A stretch of 64,000 nt of DNA, taken from NCBI GenBank assembly GCA_964647565.1, contig CAZYIM010000006.1:25045-89044 (forward strand), in the 5' to 3' direction. Both the position numbers and the translations under genes were made by a program. Origin of the DNA: an uncultured Methanosarcinales archaeon (GTDB lineage: Archaea > Nanobdellota > Nanobdellia > Woesearchaeales > CAZYIM01). Shown in pieces: positions 19,368-29,117 of this stretch (positions within the stretch are counted from its first letter, which is position 1; each line of letters starts with the position of its first letter). The notes beneath the pieces were generated by a model. It searched no databases. It saw only the letters and a list, made by a program, of their open reading frames with translations, and had not been told where the DNA came from.

Positions 19368-20465
19368 TTATACTTTTCTTTCTACTTTTCTCAGCCAGCC
19401 TTTTGGAGCTACTACTCTGCCTCTCTGGATACCTGTGATTGTGTCGTAAAGGTACTTGGTGACTTCTCCGACGTTGCCATCGCCAACAGTTATCTCCCTG
19501 CCATTGTCAAGAACATATTTACCAACAGGCATTACAGATGCTGCTGTGCCAAGTCCCATGGCTTCAGGGATCTCTTTTAAACACAAGTCAACAATAAATT
19601 CATCATAGTAAACCGTCTCTTGACGGGCCCGGATTTCATATTCTGGCATCGTAGCTAACTCTAGTACTGAACGAGAGGTTATTGATTCTAATATGTTTTC
19701 TGTAAATGCAGGAATAATGATATCTCCCGCCTTGGTCACATGTGCAATATTATTGGAACCTGCTTCTTCCAAGGTCTGGTTCGCGGGATCCAGATAGACT
19801 ACCTGATCAGCATCAAACTCTCTTTTAGCATATTTGCTAGCAGGAATAGATGCATTATAGTTGCCTCCAGTCTTGGCCTTACCTGTACCTCCCTGAGGCA
19901 CTCTTTTGAACTTCTTGGTTATAAGGAATTTAGAAGGGTCGTTGAATCCACCAGGAAAATACGACCCGCTAGGGCTTAGAACAATAGCAAATATGAAATC
20001 AACACCAGGTTTGAGGTAAAGTTCCTCTGTAACCCCTATTATATATGGCCGGATATATATTGATGCATCCTCTTGTTCAGGATACCAAAGGCGTTCAACA
20101 TCAAGCAAAGTATGCAGAGCCTGGACCTGATCCTCAACAGGAATTGTAGGAACATCAAACATCGCACCAGTTTGGTTCAATCTTTTAGCGTTTTGTTCAA
20201 ACCTAAATGTGTATATCTCTCCATCTTCATGCATAAAGGCTTTTGAACCTTCGAAATACTCATGAGCATAGTGATAGACCTTGGATTCGGGCATAATACC
20301 AAATGGTCCTCTGGGCTTGATAACCGGATTTCTCCATTCCCCATCAATATGTTCCATCATGAACATATGATCAACAGGGATCTTACCAAAAGGTAATATC
20401 TCTTCTGGTACAAACTGTTCTGTCCGCCTCTCTTGTTCTGGTTTTAATTCAATAGAAATTTCCAT
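19368..20465 (-). CDS. ilvE: branched-chain amino acid aminotransferase
   Basis: HYA..FEG.KA, YIRP, PLP lysine in AKTGGNY, EEAGSNN, ILESIT, GTAA. Confidence 0.93.
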   Translation of the reverse strand: MEISIELKPEQERRTEQFVPEEILPFGKIPVDHMFMMEHIDGEWRNPVIKPRGPFGIMPESKVYHYAHEYFEGSKAFMHEDGEIYTFRFEQNAKRLNQTGAMFDVPTIPVEDQVQALHTLLDVERLWYPEQEDASIYIRPYIIGVTEELYLKPGVDFIFAIVLSPSGSYFPGGFNDPSKFLITKKFKRVPQGGTGKAKTGGNYNASIPASKYAKREFDADQVVYLDPANQTLEEAGSNNIAHVTKAGDIIIPAFTENILESITSRSVLELATMPEYEIRARQETVYYDEFIVDLCLKEIPEAMGLGTAASVMPVGKYVLDNGREITVGDGNVGEVTKYLYDTITGIQRGRVVAPKGWLRKVERKV

Positions 20466-20511
20466 ATTTCGCGCCCGTTAAAAAAAGAAAGTACACTAAA
20501 TATTTAAGCTT

Positions 20512-21078
20512 TTAGGTCGAGAGCCTGCTAAGGACGTTTCCCAGTCCTTGCTGCATCTTTTCCCTGGCTTTGTTAATAGCATTTTGGGCTTGTGTAGCTG
20601 CAAAACTCTTGAGATATGACTCTATATTAACCTCCTTTTCAAAAGGCAGCGTTATTGTGAAGATAAAAAATTTTAATGTGATTTCACCCTCCAAAATGGC
20701 TGTTGTCTCTCCTGCATTAAGCATATCCCAGAAAAGAGCGACTGTTCTCTCCCAGCTTGATTCAGATGAGAACTCTAACTCTGTTTTTGTTTTGGGAGAT
20801 AGGGTTTCGCCTTGGACAGTCCCTTTATAATAGCTCTGGTTGTGCAGATAGACATCATAGTCCACGCTAGTTAGTTTGATTGCAAAGATTGACGGATTCT
20901 CAAGGGTTAAGGTTCCTGCTAATGTAAAACCTGACAGATCAACACTCTCAACATTAGTTATTTCAATCTCAGATATTTTGACTTGTTTTAAGGATGTATA
21001 AGAATAACTGAAGAAGACAATGATCAATAGAACTAATATTCCTATTCCGATCAGCCAAACACTCTTTTTCATGTTCAC
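20512..21078 (-). CDS. LEA type 2 (WHy) domain membrane-anchored protein
   Basis: N-terminal transmembrane helix; ENPS...YDVY beta-sandwich pattern. Confidence 0.75.
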   Translation of the reverse strand: MNMKKSVWLIGIGILVLLIIVFFSYSYTSLKQVKISEIEITNVESVDLSGFTLAGTLTLENPSIFAIKLTSVDYDVYLHNQSYYKGTVQGETLSPKTKTELEFSSESSWERTVALFWDMLNAGETTAILEGEITLKFFIFTITLPFEKEVNIESYLKSFAATQAQNAINKAREKMQQGLGNVLSRLST

Positions 21079-21530
21079 ATGTCCTTTAAGGTATCGAACA
21101 ATTTCTTGATCTCTTCATAATGGGCCTTTTCCTGCTCCATCATAAACCTAAAGAATGTCTGTACATCTTCACCCTCTGCTTCTGCGAGGTTGCTGTTGTA
21201 GAAATCATAGGCGTTCTGTTCTAAATCAAGAGCTACCTCTAATACCATCATCTCATCTTCTGCAGCCTTAACCTCTGCACTGAACTCATCTGTTGTTGTG
21301 CTGAAGAAATCCTTTATTGCTTCAGGATTGTCACCTGTCAATTCAAACTTGAAATCGTTCTGTTCGACGGCCTTAGAAATGGTGCCTACGTGCAAGACTT
21401 CCTGGTCTGCAAGATACTGGAATATTTTCTGCAGCACTTCATTTGTAGCAGTCTTAGCTGCATCAGAGTACATCTGATATCCCTTTCTCTCGAATTCCAG
21501 TGCTGTGTGTAGTGCTTGTTGAATGTCCAT
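21075..21530 (-). CDS. rubrerythrin/ferritin-like di-iron protein
   Basis: Duplicated ALxxE...ExxH motifs (QEVLH, QEKAH). Confidence 0.85.
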   Translation of the reverse strand: MDIQQALHTALEFERKGYQMYSDAAKTATNEVLQKIFQYLADQEVLHVGTISKAVEQNDFKFELTGDNPEAIKDFFSTTTDEFSAEVKAAEDEMMVLEVALDLEQNAYDFYNSNLAEAEGEDVQTFFRFMMEQEKAHYEEIKKLFDTLKDM

Positions 21531-21572
21531 AAAATCACCTCAATTATTATCTTAAATATTTAGTATTTAAAT

Positions 21573-21917
21573 TTATTCATGTTCATAAAAAACATCAGCA
21601 GTATCATATTTAGGATAGGTAACCACAAATACTTCCAGGGGTTCTTCCCCAGCTATACTTTCAAGATAATGGAATTCATTCTTGGGTAAAGGGATGATGT
21701 CTCCTGGTTTAACATCAAAGCTGGCATCTCCTATATGACAAATTCCAATACCCTTTTCTATAGAATAGACCTCTTCCATCTTCTTATGCATATGTGGTCT
21801 GGCAGTGCTTGTTATGATTGCATAGGCAATGCTCATATTATCTGAGCTGTATAATTCCTGCAGTTTACCACAAGCATCATCGATGAACTCAATCTCAGAA
21901 CGGTTTCTTATTTCCAT
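21573..21917 (-). CDS. cupin domain protein
   Basis: PHMHKKMEEVY and PGDII.LP...FH motifs. Confidence 0.85.
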   Translation of the reverse strand: MEIRNRSEIEFIDDACGKLQELYSSDNMSIAYAIITSTARPHMHKKMEEVYSIEKGIGICHIGDASFDVKPGDIIPLPKNEFHYLESIAGEEPLEVFVVTYPKYDTADVFYEHE

Positions 21918-21921
21918 GATT

Positions 21922-22248
21922 CTATCTCATTGGCGGCATAGTTTGGGGCTGTCTCGTAGGAGTTTTTCTTACAGGGGATTTGGCTCTTGTCTCCAGAGAT
22001 GGATCTCCCATATCTTGAAGAGGCACAGTGGGATCTCTCAAAAGTACTCTGTCACCTTCTTGCAGGCCTTCCAGTATGACAACGCGGTCTTTTGATCTCG
22101 GCCCCACTTTCACCGGAACTTCAGTCCAAGCAGGTTTAAGCATGTCATTAATCATATACCAGCCTAATGCAATCTCCAATGCAATGACAGGATATTGGTA
22201 GTATTCCTTCACATAGTATAGAGCTTTTTTTAGATAGGGTATTGCCAT
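21922..22248 (-). CDS. small membrane protein containing a fragment resembling the C-terminus of efflux periplasmic adaptor proteins
   Basis: Hydrophobic helix followed by EVPVKVG....VVILEGLQEGDRV. Confidence 0.5.
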   Translation of the reverse strand: MAIPYLKKALYYVKEYYQYPVIALEIALGWYMINDMLKPAWTEVPVKVGPRSKDRVVILEGLQEGDRVLLRDPTVPLQDMGDPSLETRAKSPVRKTPTRQPQTMPPMR

Positions 22249-22290
22249 TTTAAAACATAAAGAACTCGGAACTTAAAAATTTTGTTTATT

Positions 22291-23946
22291 TTATTGTTTC
22301 AATGCCTGAATGTATGGCTCCCTGCCTCTCTGAACAAGAGTCCATCCAAGAAAGTTCTGGTCATCCTGCTCAGGATAATCACATCTGACATGGCATGCCC
22401 GAGTCTCTTTTCTCAGATAGGCACTCTTCATTATCTGCTTAGCCAAATCTGCAATGTTCCTTAACTCAAGAAAATCTTTGTTGACATGGTACTTCCAATA
22501 TAGTTTATTGATAGTTGTTTGAAAAGAATCAATATCTTCTAATCCTGCTTCTAATCTCTGTTCATTCCTGACCATACCGCATAACGAATTCATGGTCCGC
22601 CTTATACTCTCCCAGTAATGATTCACAGTTGTCTGATCTCGTGACTCAGTGGCTTCCCCCACATCCCAGAGAGGCACTTTCTGGATATTTGACTGTTTAT
22701 CGACATGTTTCAGGTAATGATTTGTTGAGCGATCGGCAAACTCAATACATTCTGTGCCTGAGTTGCTTGCAAGCCTGGTTGCTCCATGAACTCCTGTGTA
22801 AGCGACTTCCCCGACAACATAGCAGCCTTCAAGAGCGGTCTCGCCATGATGTCCACAAAGAACACCCCCATTTGAATAATGGACAGCATATACAACTGGC
22901 ACAGGTTCTTTTGCAAGATCAATTCCTCTTTCCAAACAAAAATCATAAGCACTCTTGAAATTCTTCTTAAGCCGTTCTTCTCCAATCGAGGTGCAATCCA
23001 GCCAGACATGGTCAAGGTTATGCTTTCGCATCTCCCCATCCTCTGCCCGGGTCACTACGTCCCTGGTTGATTTTGATCCATCAGGATGATATTTTAATAC
23101 CAAGTCATCTTTTGAATCCTTAAAGCACTTTAATATTGCACCTTCCCCCCTTAGACCCTCTGTAAAAAGCTGTCTTCTTCCAAATTCACCCTTTGCCGCA
23201 ACATCATAATAGACTGATGGATGGAACTGGATGAATTCCATGTTGGCCAAAGGCAGGCCTGCCCTGTAGCAGAATGCAAAACCATCACCTGATGCGACAT
23301 CAGGGTTTGATGTGTACATGAAAACCTTGCCCAGACCACCTGTTGCAACAAAGGTTCCTTTAGAAGCGACTGTCCGGACAGTTTCATTTTCTATATCATA
23401 AACATAAAATCCTCTGCAAGCATTCCTGTCCCTTAGAACATCATGAATCTTGTTATCAGTTATCAGATCAATGACCATATGATTCTCATGCATTGTTACA
23501 TTCGGATGCTGCCTGAGCTGTTCATCAAGAGTCTGCATAATTACAACGCCAGTAGTATCCTTACTATGTACGATCCTTTTGGCTGAATGGCCTCCTTCCT
23601 TGTGAAGGCTTTTATCAAATGAAACTCCCTGAGATCTAAGCCATTTTATATCCTTGTTGAAATTTTTCACGCAGAAATTCACAACCTCTTCATCACACAA
23701 GCCTTTCCCGGCTGCAATGGTGTCTTTGAAGTGTTTCCCAAATGAATCCGGAGGTATTGCCATACCAAATATACTCTTTACTCGTGAAAGGCCGCCAGCT
23801 ATAAGGTAGCTGTTGCAGTCCTCAAGCGAGTCTGTCTTGGTGAAGAAATCAACTTTTTTGTCTTTATCTGCCAACATCAAAGCTGTTGATTTCCCTGCAA
23901 GACCGCCGCCTATGACTGCACAATCTGTGTTAAGGGGTTTTTCCAT
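22291..23946 (-). CDS. nadB: L-aspartate oxidase
   Basis: GGGLAG FAD motif, EGGHSAKRI, EFIQFHP, TEGLRGEG, HYSNGG, GVHGATRLASNS. Confidence 0.9.
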   Translation of the reverse strand: MEKPLNTDCAVIGGGLAGKSTALMLADKDKKVDFFTKTDSLEDCNSYLIAGGLSRVKSIFGMAIPPDSFGKHFKDTIAAGKGLCDEEVVNFCVKNFNKDIKWLRSQGVSFDKSLHKEGGHSAKRIVHSKDTTGVVIMQTLDEQLRQHPNVTMHENHMVIDLITDNKIHDVLRDRNACRGFYVYDIENETVRTVASKGTFVATGGLGKVFMYTSNPDVASGDGFAFCYRAGLPLANMEFIQFHPSVYYDVAAKGEFGRRQLFTEGLRGEGAILKCFKDSKDDLVLKYHPDGSKSTRDVVTRAEDGEMRKHNLDHVWLDCTSIGEERLKKNFKSAYDFCLERGIDLAKEPVPVVYAVHYSNGGVLCGHHGETALEGCYVVGEVAYTGVHGATRLASNSGTECIEFADRSTNHYLKHVDKQSNIQKVPLWDVGEATESRDQTTVNHYWESIRRTMNSLCGMVRNEQRLEAGLEDIDSFQTTINKLYWKYHVNKDFLELRNIADLAKQIMKSAYLRKETRACHVRCDYPEQDDQNFLGWTLVQRGREPYIQALKQ

Positions 23947-24085
23947 GGTTTCAAACTGGAGGAAAACAAATACAATTTAAAAAGATTTAGGAAATAATCA
24001 TCGCTAAGTGATGAATTCTCAAAGACACAACTATGAGAGAAAAAGAGACAAAAATTTTATAAAGCGCTACTATTGAGAATGATGT

Positions 24086-24574
24086 ATGGACTGGTTTACG
24101 CATATCTCCTTACCCACACTCTTGTTTATTATTTTTTCAAGCATCTTCAAGATAGAATTCACCCTTATTCATTTGATGATAATCATGTTCTTTGCACTGC
24201 TTCCTGATCTGGATTTTATTTATGCTATCCTGACGAGCAAGAAGTATGATGACAATTTTCAGCATCATAACTGGATTAGCCACTGGCCTGTTACATACCT
24301 GCCTTTGCTAGCAGCAGTATTGTTCTTTCCCAAACTGTCTGTAATCATTGCTTGTTTAGGTATATTTTCCCATCTGATCATGGACACCTTCCTCGCAGGC
24401 GACGGCATCATGTGGTTCTATCCATTTTCAAAACAGTTTTTCAATTTCTATGCAAAAGACCTAAACGGCCACCATGGCAAGGATTGGTTCAGGATATACA
24501 GAAGGAAAAAGATTTTTAAGGTGAATGTTGCTGCCTTCACCATATTGATTGTTTTGATAGGTTTTAGAATATGA
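24086..24574 (+). CDS. membrane-bound metal-dependent hydrolase (YdjM-like)
   Basis: MDWFTH, LPDLD, HHNWISH, SHLIMD, G..W.YP. Confidence 0.85.
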   Translation: MDWFTHISLPTLLFIIFSSIFKIEFTLIHLMIIMFFALLPDLDFIYAILTSKKYDDNFQHHNWISHWPVTYLPLLAAVLFFPKLSVIIACLGIFSHLIMDTFLAGDGIMWFYPFSKQFFNFYAKDLNGHHGKDWFRIYRRKKIFKVNVAAFTILIVLIGFRI

Positions 24575-25227
24575 TACAAGCTGTAATCTTTGACATGGAT
24601 GGAGTAATTATTGATAGTGAGCCTTTACAGTCACAGGCATGGGAATCTATAATACGACAGTACGGTAAGGAGCCTGAACTTAATTCTGCAGGATTGGTAC
24701 ATTTTGTCGGCTTTAGGATCAGGGAAAACTGGGAGATCATCAAGGAAAGGTATGAAATAAATGAGGAGATAGAAGCTCTTGAAGAAAAAAGGAGTCAGAT
24801 CTATCTTATGCTACTAAGAAAGAATATGGCACCTATGCGAGGATTCATGGATCTGATTAAAACCTTAAAAGATAAAGGATTAAAACTGGCCATCGCATCT
24901 TCATCCCACAGGGATCATGTTGAGACTGTCTTGGATGATCTTGGCATCAGGGAATATATTGACGAATTTGTTTCTGGAGACATGGTCAAGAAAGGAAAAC
25001 CTCATCCAGACATCTATCTTGAGGCAGCCAATAGGCTAGATGTCGAGCCTGAAAAGTGTGTTGCCCTGGAGGATTCTGAGGTCGGGGTCGAGGCTGCCAA
25101 GAATGCAGATATGAAAGTGATTGCAGTACCCAACAAATATACTCGTTCTATGAACTTTTCAGATGCAGATCTGGTTCTTGAGTCTTTAGAAGATATATAT
25201 TGGGAGATGATATTGGCGTTAATCTAA
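24571..25227 (+). CDS. HAD-superfamily phosphatase
   Basis: FDMDGVI, ASSS, KPHPDIY, EDS..G. Confidence 0.92.
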   Translation: MIQAVIFDMDGVIIDSEPLQSQAWESIIRQYGKEPELNSAGLVHFVGFRIRENWEIIKERYEINEEIEALEEKRSQIYLMLLRKNMAPMRGFMDLIKTLKDKGLKLAIASSSHRDHVETVLDDLGIREYIDEFVSGDMVKKGKPHPDIYLEAANRLDVEPEKCVALEDSEVGVEAAKNADMKVIAVPNKYTRSMNFSDADLVLESLEDIYWEMILALI

Positions 25228-26300
25228 AGCAGCCTAATCTGATTATTTTTGATTTCTATCTTTTGTCCAGTTTTCAACATCCTAGTTGCTATCTTGGTGT
25301 CTGAGATAAAAGGCTTCTTGAACTCCTTGACCAAAGTATGAATATGCGAAAGGAAGCCCTCTTCATCAACAATTATAGCTGCCACTTTATCAAGAATAAC
25401 AGTATATTCAGGAGTTATCATATTGCTGACCAGGATTTCCCCTTTCTTGACTTCTTTTAATTCAGAAAGTTTGCGTACCAATCTCACTTTTCCAGATATT
25501 TCACCCTTGAAACTGGACTTACCAACAAATTTGTTAAGTTTCTCAGCTTTAAATTCTGTGTCCAGATTTTCATTAAGCATATCCAGTATCGTTTCTATCT
25601 TAACTGCATCAGTGGTTTCGTAATGTTTTTGACCATCATACCAAAGCAGGAATTTGTTTTCTCGTTTTGAAATTGTCTTTTTAATACTCTCACTGAATTT
25701 TTTGTTTTTTACTATTTGCATCAATTCTTCAGGCGTTGTAAATTTCAAGGCAATATCTTTTTTCTCTTGGCTCAGATCTGTATCGTCTAATATCTTTTTG
25801 AGCAACAGCTTCATTTTCTTGAATACAGGATAGCTTCTTACAGAATCTATTTCTTTTTTATACCTCTTTATAGCTGATGCACGTTCTTTGGAGCTGATTG
25901 ATGTATCAAGACCCCAGAGTTGCAATGAAAGATGCGGTCCAGCATATCTTCCTAGCCAGTTATCCAATTCGCATAACGTTTTGGATGCTAAATCAGGATC
26001 ATTATAATCTTTATTGATTCCATCTTCTAAAAACCTAACAAACTGTTTCAATAGTAATGCTGTTCCTTTGAAATCAACATTATGTCTCTTGCTAAAGCTT
26101 CTTGCAGTATCTTTTGTCTTGTACCCGGTAATTAATCCGTTTTCTGCATATGTAATCATTCCAATCCCGAAAAAGTCATTAGCTTCGATGAATCTTGGTA
26201 CTAGAAAAAGAGGTATCTGGCCAAGATCCCTTGTGGCGTGTATCCACCAAAGATTGTTCTTGATGGTTTTCTTAATTGCATCAAACTTGGTTTTTTGCAT
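25224..26300 (-). CDS. protein with C-terminal PEP-utilizing (phosphohistidine swivel) domain
   Basis: GKVRLV...GEILV...TPE...AIIVDEEGFLSH; no ATP-grasp domain evident. Confidence 0.75.
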   Translation of the reverse strand: MQKTKFDAIKKTIKNNLWWIHATRDLGQIPLFLVPRFIEANDFFGIGMITYAENGLITGYKTKDTARSFSKRHNVDFKGTALLLKQFVRFLEDGINKDYNDPDLASKTLCELDNWLGRYAGPHLSLQLWGLDTSISSKERASAIKRYKKEIDSVRSYPVFKKMKLLLKKILDDTDLSQEKKDIALKFTTPEELMQIVKNKKFSESIKKTISKRENKFLLWYDGQKHYETTDAVKIETILDMLNENLDTEFKAEKLNKFVGKSSFKGEISGKVRLVRKLSELKEVKKGEILVSNMITPEYTVILDKVAAIIVDEEGFLSHIHTLVKEFKKPFISDTKIATRMLKTGQKIEIKNNQIRLL

Positions 26301-26317
26301 TTTGGATGATTTTGTTT

Positions 26318-27352
26318 TCAGTGATTAATTAATATATCCTTATACAACGTCTCTTTTTTGCCTTCTTTGATCTCTTTTAGCATCTCTTCATATCGCTCTT
26401 TGTTTGAGGCATTCTTGGGTGACTGTGCAATACATTGTTTGCAAAAGTCGAATACTGGATTGCCTTTCGAAAATTCATTTATTACTTCTTTTGCTTTATC
26501 TGATTGAAGGACGTCCATTAAGGGTTGTTTTGTAACATTACCTATAGCTGTCTTGCCGTCATAATCCACACAGCACAATGTTACATCTCCATTGGGCAGA
26601 ATTCCAAAGGACTGGATAAGTGCCCTTTCACAGTAGCCGCTTTGGGCTTGGTCTGGTTTTAAACCAGGCCAGGTATACTTGCAATGGAGTTCTAGGTAAA
26701 GATTCTTATGTATCTGGATCAATCTTAACTGGTCAATATTTCCAACTTGTTTTAACTTTTGGAAGAACACCTGCTGGCTGTCAAAAGGGATTTTTAAGTC
26801 ATTGCAAATCCTGGCCAACAGACTCTCAAAATCATTGTAGCTGCTTGAGTCCTTAAGAATCTTGTTGTTAAACATCCAGAACCTTAACGAGATGTTTGAT
26901 TTGCATTTGAATCCAACATTTCTTATGAAGTCAAGAATTTTTTCATAGTACTGATCAAATGTAATGTCCTTGGCGTGTCTGCGCTCGAAGTTTTTATAGC
27001 CGACTGACTGGAACGATATTATAAGGTTAAGTTTGTGGAAATCCATCCTCTTGATCTCTTCTGCAAATGTCTTGTCCAAGAGAAGTCCGTTGGTACAAAG
27101 GCCGAGTTTTAAGTCCTTTGATAATGCATATTCAGTTGCTCCTAGAATTTGAGGGTATAATAAAGGCTCGCCCATGTTATGGAAGGTTATGAACTCTACA
27201 AGATTGTTTTTTTTAATCTCATCTATCATTCTCTTGAAGAGATCAAAATCCATGTGCGCTTTTTTTCGTTCCATAACACTGTTTATGCAAAAATCACAAT
27301 CCATGTTGCAGAAGTTGGTCAGCTCCAGCATAGCAGATTCAAAAGCAGGCAT
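26318..27352 (-). CDS. radical SAM protein with SPASM/twitch domain
   Basis: CNMDCDFC, GEPLL, TNG; C-terminal C...NGDVTLCC...IGNV...CKQC. Confidence 0.92.
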   Translation of the reverse strand: MPAFESAMLELTNFCNMDCDFCINSVMERKKAHMDFDLFKRMIDEIKKNNLVEFITFHNMGEPLLYPQILGATEYALSKDLKLGLCTNGLLLDKTFAEEIKRMDFHKLNLIISFQSVGYKNFERRHAKDITFDQYYEKILDFIRNVGFKCKSNISLRFWMFNNKILKDSSSYNDFESLLARICNDLKIPFDSQQVFFQKLKQVGNIDQLRLIQIHKNLYLELHCKYTWPGLKPDQAQSGYCERALIQSFGILPNGDVTLCCVDYDGKTAIGNVTKQPLMDVLQSDKAKEVINEFSKGNPVFDFCKQCIAQSPKNASNKERYEEMLKEIKEGKKETLYKDILINH

Positions 27353-27396
27353 GATTTATAGAAAGATGAAATGTTTTTATAATTTGTTAAAAATAA

Positions 27397-28986
27397 TTAG
27401 CTTTTAGGAAAATATGTGGTCCTAATCCGTTCAATAGTCTGATTGATCGCCTCAGATTTGTAGCCAGATGTTTGGTTTATGGCACTGATGCCATCAAGAT
27501 AATATGATATGGCTTCCATTTTTCTTGGATTCTTTTTAATCCTTTTTTTGGTACTCATCAAATTTTCAAGATCATCTAGTTTTCCTATTAGTTTTCTTTT
27601 GCCAACAACAACCACATCATCGACTTCGATAATTCGTCTTGCTGCGTCTCTTTGGATCATATAGATATAAGGGCCGCCAGATCCACAAGTATCACCTGCA
27701 TAGCCCATCTTCCTGGCATGAGAATTATTATCATCGAACAGTACTTCTTCCTTAAATCCGAATTTTACTGCCAGCTCTTGTATTTCTCTCTCACCAATAC
27801 CGATCTTCTTGATTCCATATTTCTTGGCGACATAGATAGCTGAAGCCATAGAATATAGTAATTCTTTTCCACGATTTGCATTTGTCCATTCTTTGACTGC
27901 GTTCCAGCCAGTATCTCCTCCTTCGACTGCGTCGTAGAACAGGATGGTTTCATCATCCTTGGTCTTTGCCAGGTAAAGTCTAGTCTGTACATCTCGCGAA
28001 AACTTTTTTAGACTTTTAGGAGTTTCGCTGAACATCATCACGCACGCACCTATATCAATGTCCTTTTTCTGCCATCGAAGTTTTTTTCTGACATCTCTAT
28101 CTCTTTTATTGCCAGGGGAAATCCAACAGTTTTCAACTGATGCAAGATCTGTTGCCAACCTGGCAATAGAATATTTTGGCTTGATGATTCTGACCCTGTA
28201 TCCTGATTTTACTGTCTGTTGGAATAGTCCTTTCATGGAATCGTCCTGTTCAACTTCTGCGCCTTTCCGAAACTGGCTTTGCACCCTTTCCCGCGTGTTT
28301 TTATTCAGATCTATTCCTTTTTGCATAATAACTGGCTCCAGCTCTTCAATTGCCATCTTGTAGAAAATAGTGAACAAACCTCTGATGATCGGTTCGATCT
28401 GTCGCGACGTCAAGTAATCTGGTAGACGTTCTAATTTTCTTTTATATTGGTCGCAAATTTCTGGATAAGTTAAGGCTCCAGTCTGTATTCTTGGAATAGG
28501 CTCAGGAGTTATTTTCTGTGGTTCCGGAGTTATTGTGATTTGTTCAGCTATCTCTGCAATTGTTTTTGTCTCATCTTTTACTATCTTTTCAGGTTCTTTT
28601 TCTTTTTGAGTTATTACGTTCTTTAAAATTTCAGGATTTTTTGGTATATAGTTTAGATTTTTAGTAGTATTAAGACATGTTAAATATTCTTTAACTATTG
28701 TCTCGTGGTCTTCTTCACTCAGGCCAGGAGCCAAATTAAGATGCTCTTTTATTGTTTTTTGGGGAGTATGAGAAGGCTCTATTTTCGCCTTTTTTAGAAT
28801 GGTATAATTTTTATGAAAGTATTTCTTGATGTAAGGCTCAGGCTCTATCTCTTCTTTAAACTCCTCATCAAATTTAGATAATTTCTCTGGTTCTATAGAT
28901 TTTGTGATGTTTTTAGAAACAACAGTATCTTCCTTTTTTCCATTCAATAATGCATATATCTTCTCTATATCTGTAACTGCTTCCAT
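27397..28986 (-). CDS. hypothetical protein (529 aa)
   Basis: Long ORF with low-complexity E/K/P-rich N-half; upstream TTTATAAA. Confidence 0.75.
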   Translation of the reverse strand: MEAVTDIEKIYALLNGKKEDTVVSKNITKSIEPEKLSKFDEEFKEEIEPEPYIKKYFHKNYTILKKAKIEPSHTPQKTIKEHLNLAPGLSEEDHETIVKEYLTCLNTTKNLNYIPKNPEILKNVITQKEKEPEKIVKDETKTIAEIAEQITITPEPQKITPEPIPRIQTGALTYPEICDQYKRKLERLPDYLTSRQIEPIIRGLFTIFYKMAIEELEPVIMQKGIDLNKNTRERVQSQFRKGAEVEQDDSMKGLFQQTVKSGYRVRIIKPKYSIARLATDLASVENCWISPGNKRDRDVRKKLRWQKKDIDIGACVMMFSETPKSLKKFSRDVQTRLYLAKTKDDETILFYDAVEGGDTGWNAVKEWTNANRGKELLYSMASAIYVAKKYGIKKIGIGEREIQELAVKFGFKEEVLFDDNNSHARKMGYAGDTCGSGGPYIYMIQRDAARRIIEVDDVVVVGKRKLIGKLDDLENLMSTKKRIKKNPRKMEAISYYLDGISAINQTSGYKSEAINQTIERIRTTYFPKS

Positions 28987-29117
28987 CGGTCAAGGAAAAC
29001 ATTTTTTTATTTATAAATCTTTCGGTTTTTAACCACTTAATAGTGGTAAAATTACTAATATTGAGCACTGGACATCATTAGAAAAGCTTTTTAAAGCTTG
29101 TTCAACTTTAATTTTTC

